From: a virus
Reading direction: 5' to 3' (one strand)
Virus record (IMG/VR): IMGVR_UViG_3300006793_000018
Location: 1-64,000 of that record
DNA: 64,000 bases
Both the position numbers and the translations under genes were made by a program. This document shows positions 18,691 through 28,914 of this stretch, in pieces. The notes beneath the pieces are model-generated. The model was given only the letters and a program-made list of their open reading frames with translations. It did not search any database and was not told the origin of the DNA. Positions within the stretch are counted from its first letter, which is position 1; the number at the start of each line of letters is the position of its first letter.

Positions 18691-20127
18691 ATGTCGGACG
18701 GGATGCAAGAACTGACCGCCAAAGTCGATTTTGAGATGGGGCGTCGTGATTTCAAATACTTTTTTGAAGAGGTATGTGGCAAATACGATCAACGCAACCC
18801 GTGGATCTTAACAAAATTTCACCAAGAATGGTACGATTTGTCGGAAGGCAACAGCAAGACCTGTATTATTGCAAGTCGTGACCATGGAAAGTCTGTTTTT
18901 TATCGCGTGTATTTGCTTTGGAAAATGGCATATAACCCAGGTACAGAAGTGTTGTTCTTTTCACACAGTCAACACCAATCGATTGAACACATGCAAAAAA
19001 TGAATGAGTTGATTGAGTCAATACCTGCCCTCCAACATCTCAAACCGAAGCGGGGATGGGCGAAGCAGAAGTTCAAGTTCACAAACAAATCCTCGATCTC
19101 CGCTATGTCGGTTGGAAAGGCAGTTCGTGGAGCGCACCCTCAAATTGTAGTCCTTGACGACATATTGTCAAGTGAAGCGCAAACTCAATTAAAACATATC
19201 TCATCGTGGTTTTACACCGCATTGTTGCCCGTTCTTCACCACACGGCTCAACTCTGTATTGTCGGAACTCCATTTTCATATACTGATCTGTATGCTGAAT
19301 TAAAGAAATTAAAATCATACGCTGTTCGAGAGTACCCCGCGATCAATGAAAGATCTGGAGAACCTTTGTTTCCTGAGCGTTGGTCGCTTGAGGCTTTGAA
19401 CAATCGGCGCAATGATATGACTTCCATCGCGTTCACAAGAGAATATCTATGCAAACCAATTGCAAGCGATGCCAGCCTTTTCCCAGAAGAAGTGTTGAAT
19501 TCTGTAAAAGATGATCAAATGGCACTTTCTTATTATCCTCGTCCAGATCAGGAATTGAATTATTACATCGGATGGGATCCTGCCATATCTGCAAATCGAA
19601 AGGCAGACTATACTTGCATGATGGTCATTGCGATGGATGAGAATAGGCATAAACACATTGTTCATACTCATCACGAAAAAGGAATGGACTTCTCTTCTCA
19701 AATCGATAAAATCATCGAATTAAACGCAAGATTCAATCCAGTGATTATCGAATTGGAAACAAACAATTTCGCAATGGCGTTCAATCAAGTCCTTGCTGAG
19801 ATCGGTGATCTTCCGATAAAACCATTCAATATGAGTCGAATGAAGAAAGAGGCTTTAATTCATACCCTCCAACTGCACTTTGAACGGGGACACCTCATAA
19901 TCCCCTACAAAGACGAGGGAGCGACTTTGAGATTGATGAATAATTTGCTAACAGAACTCTCCACTTTCACCATGCTCGACAACGGTCGAATGGAAAGTCT
20001 TGGAGGACACGACGATATGGTTATGGCCCTCGCTCTCTCCGTTCAGGCTACAAAGGAGTACCGTGACAACATTGTGATACTCGACGCAGAACAATGGCAA
20101 TCAAGATTGGGGTGGGCAGGTGCTTAA
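18691..20127 (+). CDS. terL: Terminase large subunit
   Basis: Walker A SRDHGKS, RGAHP..VVLDD Walker B, VGTP, nuclease IGWDPA, HDDMVMALAL. Confidence 0.95.
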   Translation: MSDGMQELTAKVDFEMGRRDFKYFFEEVCGKYDQRNPWILTKFHQEWYDLSEGNSKTCIIASRDHGKSVFYRVYLLWKMAYNPGTEVLFFSHSQHQSIEHMQKMNELIESIPALQHLKPKRGWAKQKFKFTNKSSISAMSVGKAVRGAHPQIVVLDDILSSEAQTQLKHISSWFYTALLPVLHHTAQLCIVGTPFSYTDLYAELKKLKSYAVREYPAINERSGEPLFPERWSLEALNNRRNDMTSIAFTREYLCKPIASDASLFPEEVLNSVKDDQMALSYYPRPDQELNYYIGWDPAISANRKADYTCMMVIAMDENRHKHIVHTHHEKGMDFSSQIDKIIELNARFNPVIIELETNNFAMAFNQVLAEIGDLPIKPFNMSRMKKEALIHTLQLHFERGHLIIPYKDEGATLRLMNNLLTELSTFTMLDNGRMESLGGHDDMVMALALSVQATKEYRDNIVILDAEQWQSRLGWAGA

Positions 20128-21343
20128 GGAAATCAAGGGAATTGATGGCGTTGAATCCATCGCAGAGGCTTTGCTAAAGTTGGATGCGAACCAAGTTATC
20201 GATCAAGAGTTGAAAGTCAATGCTCAAGAGAAAAAAGTTCTTCAAGACAAAAAGCAAGTCAACAGCAAACTTGGAAACGTTGGGAGTCCAAGAGAAGAAT
20301 CTGGAATAGAAGGGATGGATTCTCCTCAAAGTTCTGCGCCAACACAGCAACCAGGTACTGAATTACTGGGCAAGTCATGGTTCCGAGATAACTTTGGGAT
20401 GGAGGGAACTGAGATCTGCGAGATATTTATCAAAGGAGGTCGTGAGGATTTGATACCTGTTCTGCAACCTTTGATTCGAGCAGAACGAATTGCTCTCTTA
20501 AAATCGTACCCTTCCGTGTCCGAATCATTGATTGATGAGTTGCCATTCACTGATTTTGATTATTCGATGCTCCAAAGGAATCCAAAATCGTTAGAAATCC
20601 CATTTAGGCGTCTTGTGAAATCATGGAATGACTCCACAAGCGATCATGAACGAGAGAAATCATATGATGCATGGTCAAATCGTATTTCAAAGAAGGATCA
20701 TCTAACCATTAGGGAACATGGATTGTTGCAGAAATGTGCCGAATATCTCAATGATAACGGCGCAATGAATGCTCAATCTTTACAATCATATGGGTTTGCT
20801 GCCAGTTCCAGTGAAATTTCAATGCTAATCAAATCACATGGATTCCTTTACAACATCTCTGCGGTTGGAACAAGCCAAAAGAAAAACATGCGTGGCACAT
20901 TTTATGACGTTGAACGAGGAGATCTTATGATCAAAAACGCCGGTGCATTGATCGGGGGATTGTTTGATCATGGAGGGCAAATACAACTTAATCCTCAAGG
21001 CTCGCCCCGTCTTATTCTCCCGTTTAATTCAGCAATATGCAAACATTATGCTGACTCTTTGAATAATGAACTGGGAGTCATGGGAGTTATTGCAGAAGGC
21101 GATGGCATTGTCATTGAAGGTGAAGACGCTGTTTCAAAATCGCTGGATGTGGCAATACCATTTATCCACAACAAAACAAGCGAAGCAATTATCTTAAAGA
21201 AGGCAATTGAATTGGACGATAATGCAATGAGATGTTTGACATATGATCACTCATCGAGTCGCCACAAGGTTTCTCTCTTGAAATCATGGGGCATGTCCGA
21301 CGAACAATTACTTGCTATGAAGGAGAGTGTTGTAAATGGCTGA
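20120..21343 (+). CDS. Hypothetical protein with degenerate LAGLIDADG-like C-terminal domain
   Basis: AGALIGGLFDHGGQIQLNPQGSPRL...LNNELGVMG resembles the LAGLIDADG helix-strand unit; lies between terL and portal. Confidence 0.5.
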   Translation: MLKEIKGIDGVESIAEALLKLDANQVIDQELKVNAQEKKVLQDKKQVNSKLGNVGSPREESGIEGMDSPQSSAPTQQPGTELLGKSWFRDNFGMEGTEICEIFIKGGREDLIPVLQPLIRAERIALLKSYPSVSESLIDELPFTDFDYSMLQRNPKSLEIPFRRLVKSWNDSTSDHEREKSYDAWSNRISKKDHLTIREHGLLQKCAEYLNDNGAMNAQSLQSYGFAASSSEISMLIKSHGFLYNISAVGTSQKKNMRGTFYDVERGDLMIKNAGALIGGLFDHGGQIQLNPQGSPRLILPFNSAICKHYADSLNNELGVMGVIAEGDGIVIEGEDAVSKSLDVAIPFIHNKTSEAIILKKAIELDDNAMRCLTYDHSSSRHKVSLLKSWGMSDEQLLAMKESVVNG

Positions 21344-23132
21344 TCGTAAAAAAATGGAGCGGCTGTTTTCCGCCATCGGAATGGACATGGAAAGGCACAC
21401 TACCCCAATGCCGTCCATGCCTTTATTCCAATCAGGAATACAAGAACCTGCTTTGTTGCAAGGGATTACCATCCCTGCGCTTTATGCTGCATCGTATGAG
21501 TGCGTCGTGCTTCGATCAATCCTAAACCACTTGTCCGTTGAAACATTCCGTAAAGGATTTGGCTGGAAGCCTAAATTTGTTGTAAAGTGCCGTTCATGTG
21601 AAGAAACCTACAATCAAGAAGTTGATGAGTGTCAAAAATGTGGAGGAGAAGTTCGCAAAGCCGACAAATCTCAATTGGAATATGCTGAGTCTTTGATTTC
21701 TTCACAGAATAATATGTTACAAGATTTCATTGAAATTCTTCGTGAAATTGAAATGGATCTAAACATTGTCGATGATGCATACCTGATCTTAACGAAAGAA
21801 TACTTTGTTGATCCTGATACCAAGAAGGTGATGTTTTATCGGGTAAAGGAAATCAGTCGAGCAGATCCTATTTTTATGCGGATACTTGCAGATAAGAGAG
21901 GGGTTCGAGGTGGAAGCCAATACACAAGTCTTGTTGATCGTACCTTCCGAACCAATGACCCAAAGAAAAAGTGTCCAACAACAGGAACCCCTGTTGTTCC
22001 AATTCACTACATGAACCTTGCAGGAGTCGGCAAAGGGCAGGTATATACCGAGGGCGAAGTCATACACATTAGCAAATGGTCGCCATCGAAATTGTATGGT
22101 CGAAGTCCTGTTGCAACGATGTGGCGACAAGTCAATACCCTCATTGCAATGGACAACTATGTTTATTCTGCTTACCAAAAGAAGCGTATGCCACGTGGAG
22201 TTATGGTGATCAAGTCATCGAACATGGAAACTGTTGAACGAACTGCTCGGAGTATTCAAGAACACCTTGAGCGTGATCCAAATTACATACCAACAATCGG
22301 TGTCGAAACTGAATCGGGACGGGGCGGTTTGGAGTATGTCCGAATGATGGACACTCTTGAAGAATTGCAATACATCCCGATCAAGGATGACATCCGCCAG
22401 CGTATTGCTGCCTTCTTTGGGGTTTCCAATGTATTTATGAACGATGTATCGGGTGGTGGGCTGAATAACGAAGGAATGCAAATTGTGGTTAGCAATCGTT
22501 CCGTCGCTTACGCCCAGTCAATTTACAATCGAGTTCTTTTCCCTCAAATCTCAGAGGCATTCGACGTCACCGAATGGGAATTGAAACTCAACCCGCATGA
22601 AGAGGAAGACGAAATCATGCATCTCCGAAGAGATGAAATGGCAATTCGTAACATGATGCAGATGAAGCAAGCCGGTTATGAAGCAAGCCTTCGAGATGGA
22701 ATTGATGACAAGATATTGCACTTCGACTTTAGGGAGCCAAATCCAGAAGAAGTCGCTGCCGCTCAACAAGCCGCTGCCGCTCAACAAGGAGGACAGGGAG
22801 GGCAACAGGTGGCAAAAACGGACGAAGGATTCCTTGATGATCCAAACATCGTCATGAAACGGACAACTTTCGATTCCTCGCGTGGATCGGTAGTAGTTCC
22901 TTCTGCCATGCACAACGCAATGGATCCAACAAATGATCTCCCCCCGCTGAGAACGATTAGTCAAAACACAAGAAATTCAGCAGGAGCATCACCAGGTATG
23001 GTGAAAAGGCAAGAAGGATCTCCGACAGGCGCAAGCAGCAAGACTGACAAACGGAGTCTAAAATCTCCTGCCGAAGTCGCAACTGATGCAAAGTTGAACC
23101 AAATGAAAAAGCGCAATGGATTGGATGAATGA
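21336..23132 (+). CDS. Portal protein (with Zn-ribbon insertion)
   Basis: D..IVDDAYL, EVIH...PSKLYGRSP, MPRGVM, IAAFFGVS; CRSC..CQKC insertion; position after terL. Confidence 0.9.
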   Translation: MADRKKMERLFSAIGMDMERHTTPMPSMPLFQSGIQEPALLQGITIPALYAASYECVVLRSILNHLSVETFRKGFGWKPKFVVKCRSCEETYNQEVDECQKCGGEVRKADKSQLEYAESLISSQNNMLQDFIEILREIEMDLNIVDDAYLILTKEYFVDPDTKKVMFYRVKEISRADPIFMRILADKRGVRGGSQYTSLVDRTFRTNDPKKKCPTTGTPVVPIHYMNLAGVGKGQVYTEGEVIHISKWSPSKLYGRSPVATMWRQVNTLIAMDNYVYSAYQKKRMPRGVMVIKSSNMETVERTARSIQEHLERDPNYIPTIGVETESGRGGLEYVRMMDTLEELQYIPIKDDIRQRIAAFFGVSNVFMNDVSGGGLNNEGMQIVVSNRSVAYAQSIYNRVLFPQISEAFDVTEWELKLNPHEEEDEIMHLRRDEMAIRNMMQMKQAGYEASLRDGIDDKILHFDFREPNPEEVAAAQQAAAAQQGGQGGQQVAKTDEGFLDDPNIVMKRTTFDSSRGSVVVPSAMHNAMDPTNDLPPLRTISQNTRNSAGASPGMVKRQEGSPTGASSKTDKRSLKSPAEVATDAKLNQMKKRNGLDE

Positions 23133-23170
23133 AAGCGCAATGCTCTTTAACAGGTGAAGCATGGGGAAGG

Positions 23171-23527
23171 ATGAGCGACATGACTACAAATTTTGAAATC
23201 ATTGAAAAAATGGATCCAATGGCTCGTCGGGCTAAGGCGGCAGTTGAGGCAATCACAAAAGCAATCGCAGAGAACAATCGAGATGCAATCGCAAACCACC
23301 TGCAAGCCGCAGAGAATGCGATCTCAATGCTAAAAGCAGATCTAAACACACACGACATTCTTGCCAAAGCAATGCAAACCAAGCCAGTAGCAGACCAATT
23401 CCTTGGCGCAATCCCACAATTCGATAATACTGCATCGGACTACAATGGAACTGAAAATGCTGTTGCGTTGGGAGTGAGCCGTCATGGACGAGATTCAGGA
23501 TACTATCAACCGCATCGGGTGATTTGA
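23171..23527 (+). CDS. Hypothetical head-region protein
   Basis: ATG 23171 about 26 nt after CTTTAA; helical, several K|A motifs. Confidence 0.7.
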   Translation: MSDMTTNFEIIEKMDPMARRAKAAVEAITKAIAENNRDAIANHLQAAENAISMLKADLNTHDILAKAMQTKPVADQFLGAIPQFDNTASDYNGTENAVALGVSRHGRDSGYYQPHRVI

Positions 23528-23528
23528 T

Positions 23529-23966
23529 TTGTACCGGCATTCTGGTTTCAAAGGCCAAAAAAGGTATCATGTGCAAGACATGATTCGCAAACAGCAGCCA
23601 ATGTTAGGCAACGAACCCAGTGCGGTTTCAACTGCGCCTGTAAAACAACTCATTGATAGCATCGATTCATCGATTGCAATGTTGGCCGAAGAAATCGCCT
23701 CTGTTAATCAGTTAATGTCCCAAACAAGAGCGGCAAATGTCGCCGCAGAACCCACTCTAATGCTACAAGAGGCAACAGAACGAATGCGAGCAAAGGTACT
23801 CTCTTTGCAAGGCGATGTTGCCATGATCCGGCAAGCACACAACAACATACTTGCAGTTAATCCAATGGTTCCGATGGGCATGGGTCAAGGAAACGATCCA
23901 ATGCAAGCCTCATCCATGCAACAGCCACCAATGAATATGCCACCTGGCATGGGAGAGGGGCAATAA
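23529..23966 (+). CDS. Hypothetical coiled-coil, M/Q/P-rich protein (start uncertain)
   Basis: ORF in the head operon. Confidence 0.65.
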   Translation: MYRHSGFKGQKRYHVQDMIRKQQPMLGNEPSAVSTAPVKQLIDSIDSSIAMLAEEIASVNQLMSQTRAANVAAEPTLMLQEATERMRAKVLSLQGDVAMIRQAHNNILAVNPMVPMGMGQGNDPMQASSMQQPPMNMPPGMGEGQ

Positions 23967-24304
23967 TGTCGGACAAAGATGATGAAATTCAAAACGAACA
24001 AGTCGCTTTGATGAAAGAGTTGGTTGGCGAAGTTCGTAAAATGCGCCTACGCATCGACGCCCTCGAAGAAGAAAACATGGGGCTTCGTAAAGCAGTTGAC
24101 GATCCAGAAACAATCATGAGGAAACATGGCTGGAAGAAATTCACAACTCCTCATGCCGATGAAACATTTGATCCACTGAATCGAAACGTTTCCGACCAAT
24201 CATTTTCAACGCCATTTGAAGGAAGCGGCGATTTGTTCCTTAAGTCAAGGGACGATCAACTTCGTGAATGGGAAGATGCAGAACGGCAGGTGAAAAATCG
24301 ATGA
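23966..24304 (+). CDS. Hypothetical coiled-coil protein
   Basis: TAATG coupling, 112 aa. Confidence 0.7.
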   Translation: MSDKDDEIQNEQVALMKELVGEVRKMRLRIDALEEENMGLRKAVDDPETIMRKHGWKKFTTPHADETFDPLNRNVSDQSFSTPFEGSGDLFLKSRDDQLREWEDAERQVKNR

Positions 24305-25425
24305 GCGTACAATGGTTTAATCCACTAACAGATACGGAAGAAGGACTCCTCTTAACTGAGGTTCAAGAGTTGTTAAAATCCGCAAAAGGATACAAATCTG
24401 ATCGGGGGCAAAGGGCAGCACCCAAATTGCCAACTCCAAAGAAAAATAAGACTGTGATTAAAAACGATAGGTCCGACAATTGCCCACGGTGCGGAGCAAA
24501 TCCTCACGAAGAGTGCGGAATGCCTGGTCGAAGCGGAGAGCATCAAGCAATCAATTGCAAATTGAATCCAGTTGCGTTTGATTCAAGGATGGATGATCTT
24601 CGAGAACCAGAATCAATCATAGAACACCTTGACGAGAACCATGGAAAAATGAGGCTTCCACGAAAGATTGGCGGTGTCCTTCTAAGAGGCGAAGAATCAA
24701 AAGTTGATTATCTGCAAAAGGATGCAGGTCTAAGATCGAGCATTCGTCAAGCAGTTGCTCAAAAAGTTCAAGATTTATTCGTTATGGTTCAAAGCAAATT
24801 TGAACCAGGTCTTACTGGAGCGGGAGGAGATATGTTTGGACGAACCGATGAACTTAACGCAATTGAAGAAAAATTGACAGACTTCTTTTACGAATATCTG
24901 GAATACGAAATGAGGAGTTCTGGCGGATCTCTTGAAAAGTATGAGAAAGAACCAAGTTCAATGAACAGCGTTCCTCGATTCCAAAATGTGGATGGCGGAA
25001 TCCCTGTGATCGCACGTGGTTTCACAACCAATCAAAGAATCCCTCACACCGAAGACGGAATCAAAAAGAAAATCATCAGCGAAAAAGCGAAGATCCCCGC
25101 TTATGCACAAAAAGGATATACTGCAAAGAGCAGTTCTCTTCACATGCATTTGAATGATGGCGGCAACTCAGGAACTCCTCCAAATCTCGCACGAATTGAA
25201 GAAAAATTGGCTAATTTGACTAAAGGATCTTCGGTGAACAATCAAGGCGTGATTGGCGAGATTGAAGGTCTTATCAAGCAAATCAAAAACATTAGCAAAG
25301 CAGAAGATCATTATTGTGACGTTTGCGATAGAATCTTTGCAAAGGAAACTACTGCATGGTCAAAGAAAGGCTTGTGCGGCACTAAGGGCTGTGAAGGAAA
25401 CGAAGATCATCCTCTTTTCGGTTGA
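24301..25425 (+). CDS. Modular hypothetical protein with two Cys clusters
   Basis: ATGA start 24301; CPRC..EECG..C and CDVC..CGTKGC; ELLK|S, NISK|A. Confidence 0.7.
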   Translation: MSVQWFNPLTDTEEGLLLTEVQELLKSAKGYKSDRGQRAAPKLPTPKKNKTVIKNDRSDNCPRCGANPHEECGMPGRSGEHQAINCKLNPVAFDSRMDDLREPESIIEHLDENHGKMRLPRKIGGVLLRGEESKVDYLQKDAGLRSSIRQAVAQKVQDLFVMVQSKFEPGLTGAGGDMFGRTDELNAIEEKLTDFFYEYLEYEMRSSGGSLEKYEKEPSSMNSVPRFQNVDGGIPVIARGFTTNQRIPHTEDGIKKKIISEKAKIPAYAQKGYTAKSSSLHMHLNDGGNSGTPPNLARIEEKLANLTKGSSVNNQGVIGEIEGLIKQIKNISKAEDHYCDVCDRIFAKETTAWSKKGLCGTKGCEGNEDHPLFG

Positions 25426-25433
25426 GTGATTAA

Positions 25434-28400
25434 ATGACCTCCCATGTTGATCGGCTACGAACCGACGCAATCATTGCGATTCATCGTGGCGTTGATTTCG
25501 ATTTTGATCCGTTCCTAAAGGCAATAAAGGATACGGATTTGGTCAAGGAAGATATGGCGACAATGCTTGCTATGGGAATGCCCAAGCCCGAATTCCGCAT
25601 GAATGATCTTTCATCTGCAATGCCTGTATCGTCAATGAAAATTCCCAAGTATTCGGATTTTATGGCAGGTCACACCAAGATCACAAATGATCCTGTGAGG
25701 GATTGGATGTCTTCGGCGGCGGATAACCGATACGGAGAACACCATCCCTTTGGAGAGAAATCAAACAGTTGTCCACTGTTGCATGGTTCAGTTCACGGCG
25801 ATCCTGCGTATGCAGATCACATTGCTCACGCAATGCCTAAATTGCAAGATATTGCGGAAAGAGAACGTGTTCTTGACTACGATAAATCATTTTACGGTGA
25901 TGCTAAGGAAACAATGTACGACCTTCACAAAAGAGATCGGAATCGGTATTCTCATGTTAGCGATGAGGATTATGAGCAAGGCAAAAAAAACGAGTGGAAG
26001 AGTGAATTAGGTTTTGCTCCTTTCTTGTTTGGCCTTGAGTATAACACGCATGAGCAACGAAAATCATTTTTTGATTTATTGGAGTCAATGAACGGAACAG
26101 AACCAGGATCTCCCGATTTTCGTTTCTTTCAAAACAAAATGCAAGAGAAAGCAGGTTTGTCTTGGGGTCGAGCATTAAGGAATTGGAGAGAACGATTTAC
26201 GCCCCTCCTTGGGTGGTGGTTGCGACCAAGTGATCGGCATGGTCCGGTTAGCCCTCTTGGACTTGGACCTGGCATGATGGCAAAGTCGAATAATGCAGAC
26301 GCTCATGTGATGAGTCCTTGGGTTCACGAAGGCGATAACATCGTTGAATCAACAAACCATCATTGGTGGGATCTCTATACGCCATGGGGTGGGGTTGGAA
26401 GAAGCGTTGAATCTCTGCGACAAATGTTTGAACAATCTTATCCAAAGTGGTTTGGTCAAGGGTGGATTTCCGATATGCTCATCAACGAGAATGCCTCTGC
26501 ATTCATGCAATATGAGCATGACGGAGGAAGTCACTTTCCAAACGCAGTAAATCAGCCAATAGGGGATCCTAATCACCCCTCCCGATCATCAATCAAATCA
26601 TCTTTGAATAGTGGAAACTTGTTTGAACAGCGCAGATCAAACTGGAGCCATGGTTCAAACTTGCATTTCTTGCACCCAAGTGAAGTTGAAGGGCAAGGAG
26701 GACGGATGATTGTTCCGAGCGACAATCTCATGCTAAGTCGATTGGGAAGATCTTTGGCGAGTCAAGCCGATATGGGTTCTCCTCGAATTGGAATGTTTAG
26801 GGAAGAACATCCATCGTCATCAAAGGCTTATTGGGACTCTCACAATGCTTTGTACGCAGCAAATGATATGCATTTGGGGCAAGCAATGTCTAACATGGCT
26901 ATGCAAGTTATGAAGCAATTTGGACAGCAAGCGATAAATCCTGATGATCCTACAAATCCTGAGCAAGCCATGATCGCAAGAGGAAATCTCCAACAAGTCG
27001 CAAGTGCCGCAGATTTTGCTTTGAAAAAGATGCCAATGGGCGAAACATATCGTGCTTTGGCACCTGGTTATGATCAAATGGGCAACATGAACATGACAGT
27101 CAAACCTATGGGTCCAGTCCATCCGATGTCACATGCTACATCACCTCCCGTTTATAACACTGGAAACACACACCTTTGGGGCCACGAAATGCCAGCAACA
27201 CTTACTTGGAAGCATGATCCAAAACAAGAGGCGATTGTTTTTGGGATGACGGAAGAACCATTCCAAATTATGCAGAGAACTGCTCATGAAAATCACGTTA
27301 AGGCAGTATTGCCTGAGTTGCTCAAACTACCTGTTGGTGCAAAGCAAAGAGACATTCAAGCATTAAGTTCTCTTGATGGACGGGGGCTTTCTCCTTTGGC
27401 AACAGGAGATATTCACAAATCGGAAGATTACAAAGCAACAGGCGTATTCAAAACTAAGATCATACCTGCTTTCACCGTACAATCTTTGGATGAAATCGAC
27501 AAATTGAAAGGTTTTTCGGGAGATTGGATCGTACAAAAAATGCCTTTGGGCGAGCGTATGTTCATCCAAAAGAAAGGAAATCACATAAAAGGCGGAAAAT
27601 TGCCAAGCGAGGTAAAGAAGGATCTTCGGCAAATAACTGGAGATTTCACATTCGATTCTTACTTTGAAGACAATAAGTTGCATGTTCTTGATCTGTTGGT
27701 TCACAAGGGAACTGACATGCACATGGAGCCACTCGAAGACCGAATCAATGCGTTGAGGACTTTGTACGACTCAACAGATAATGTTCACTTCCCAATGCCA
27801 AGGAATTGTGTATCCACCGATAAAGATGGCTTGGCTAAGGCAATAAGCCCGTGGGATGGAGGGGAACTGTTGCTTCGGGATTCAACATCGACTTTCATGA
27901 AAGAGAAAGAGGTACATCCAAAATGGGTTCGCTATGCTAAGGACAGCATTGCAAAGTCATTTTATCCGCCGATGCCCGAAATTATAGCGTATCCAGATCA
28001 GATCAAATTGGTTTATCCCTCAATACTCGATCCAGTTGTGATCAAAGGAACGTTTCAAAATTCTGTTTTCACAGTTGATAGCATTGAGGGGAATGAGGCA
28101 TTATTTGCAAAGTCCGAAAGAGATGCTCCAATTTGGGGTCCAGTTGCTATTGCCTTGCTCAAGGAAGGTGCTGCTGCTGCTGCATCGGGCGGCGGTGGTA
28201 CAGTGACATCAACTGATTCTGGTACATTTAATCCAATTCATTCATCACAAAAAAGACGCCCTCGTAAATTGAAGATAGCCAAGAAATCTATTCTTCGTGC
28301 GCCAGCAATCGAAGGAGTTGGAGAGCAAGGCGACAATGTTGCAAGCAGGATGGGAAGTGTGAGGAGAGCGATCACCAGTGATAACAAAGCAAAGACAACT

Positions 28401-28859
28401 GAGAAGTTGTTGTCCATGGTGAAGGGGTTGAATAAAAAAATGCTTGAGATGTTCGCAGGTGAATACGGCATTGAACGAACGGATGATGGAGAAAAGTGGA
28501 CTGTTAATCAAGCGATTGACGATGACATCATCGAACGAATGTTTCCTCGAATGAATCGAATTTCACCAGATGGTGGCGCATGGGCGGGTATGCAAGCCGA
28601 TATTACTGCCCCAACGGGTCCAACTGAACTTTTGGACGATAGTGCTGTCACTTTTTATGATCCTAAACAAGAGGAAGAACCCGTTGAACAAGATCCGGTT
28701 TTTCATCTCAAAGTGAAGAACGGAGATGATCAATCCACAAGCCTTGACGTGGCTGAGGGTAAGGCTACATTGCGTATGCCAAGAAAAACAGAAACAGAAC
28801 TGCAAGAAGAACAAGAAGTGCAGCCCAGTGATCGTTCCGAGACAGATGATTCATACTGA
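25434..28859 (+). CDS. Large head-associated protein containing a degenerate ATP-dependent ligase adenylation domain
   Basis: WIVQKMPLGER (KxDGxR-like), FTFDS, HVLDLL..G.D...PLEDR..AL, ELLLRDSTSTF...HPKWV. Confidence 0.7.
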   Translation: MTSHVDRLRTDAIIAIHRGVDFDFDPFLKAIKDTDLVKEDMATMLAMGMPKPEFRMNDLSSAMPVSSMKIPKYSDFMAGHTKITNDPVRDWMSSAADNRYGEHHPFGEKSNSCPLLHGSVHGDPAYADHIAHAMPKLQDIAERERVLDYDKSFYGDAKETMYDLHKRDRNRYSHVSDEDYEQGKKNEWKSELGFAPFLFGLEYNTHEQRKSFFDLLESMNGTEPGSPDFRFFQNKMQEKAGLSWGRALRNWRERFTPLLGWWLRPSDRHGPVSPLGLGPGMMAKSNNADAHVMSPWVHEGDNIVESTNHHWWDLYTPWGGVGRSVESLRQMFEQSYPKWFGQGWISDMLINENASAFMQYEHDGGSHFPNAVNQPIGDPNHPSRSSIKSSLNSGNLFEQRRSNWSHGSNLHFLHPSEVEGQGGRMIVPSDNLMLSRLGRSLASQADMGSPRIGMFREEHPSSSKAYWDSHNALYAANDMHLGQAMSNMAMQVMKQFGQQAINPDDPTNPEQAMIARGNLQQVASAADFALKKMPMGETYRALAPGYDQMGNMNMTVKPMGPVHPMSHATSPPVYNTGNTHLWGHEMPATLTWKHDPKQEAIVFGMTEEPFQIMQRTAHENHVKAVLPELLKLPVGAKQRDIQALSSLDGRGLSPLATGDIHKSEDYKATGVFKTKIIPAFTVQSLDEIDKLKGFSGDWIVQKMPLGERMFIQKKGNHIKGGKLPSEVKKDLRQITGDFTFDSYFEDNKLHVLDLLVHKGTDMHMEPLEDRINALRTLYDSTDNVHFPMPRNCVSTDKDGLAKAISPWDGGELLLRDSTSTFMKEKEVHPKWVRYAKDSIAKSFYPPMPEIIAYPDQIKLVYPSILDPVVIKGTFQNSVFTVDSIEGNEALFAKSERDAPIWGPVAIALLKEGAAAAASGGGGTVTSTDSGTFNPIHSSQKRRPRKLKIAKKSILRAPAIEGVGEQGDNVASRMGSVRRAITSDNKAKTTEKLLSMVKGLNKKMLEMFAGEYGIERTDDGEKWTVNQAIDDDIIERMFPRMNRISPDGGAWAGMQADITAPTGPTELLDDSAVTFYDPKQEEEPVEQDPVFHLKVKNGDDQSTSLDVAEGKATLRMPRKTETELQEEQEVQPSDRSETDDSY

Positions 28860-28885
28860 TTGTTCTCTTTTCGTTTTGAAAGCAT

Positions 28886-28892
28886 TCATATA
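28886..28892 (+). promoter_or_regulatory. Putative TATA box for the protease-capsid operon
   Basis: TCATATA about 30 nt upstream of the 28915/28918 start, preceded by purine-rich GAAAG and an upstream T-rich tract (possible terminator). Confidence 0.5.
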
Positions 28893-28914
28893 CCATTGCT
28901 TGATTTAGGATAGG

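Noticed and set aside
22752-22806. Short repeat gctgccgctcaacaag in the portal gene
   Set aside because: Simple coding duplication in an AAAQQ low-complexity linker.
25434-28859. Functional replicative DNA ligase
   Set aside because: Key motifs are degenerate, no OB domain is seen, and the gene sits in the head module; reported only as ligase-fold.
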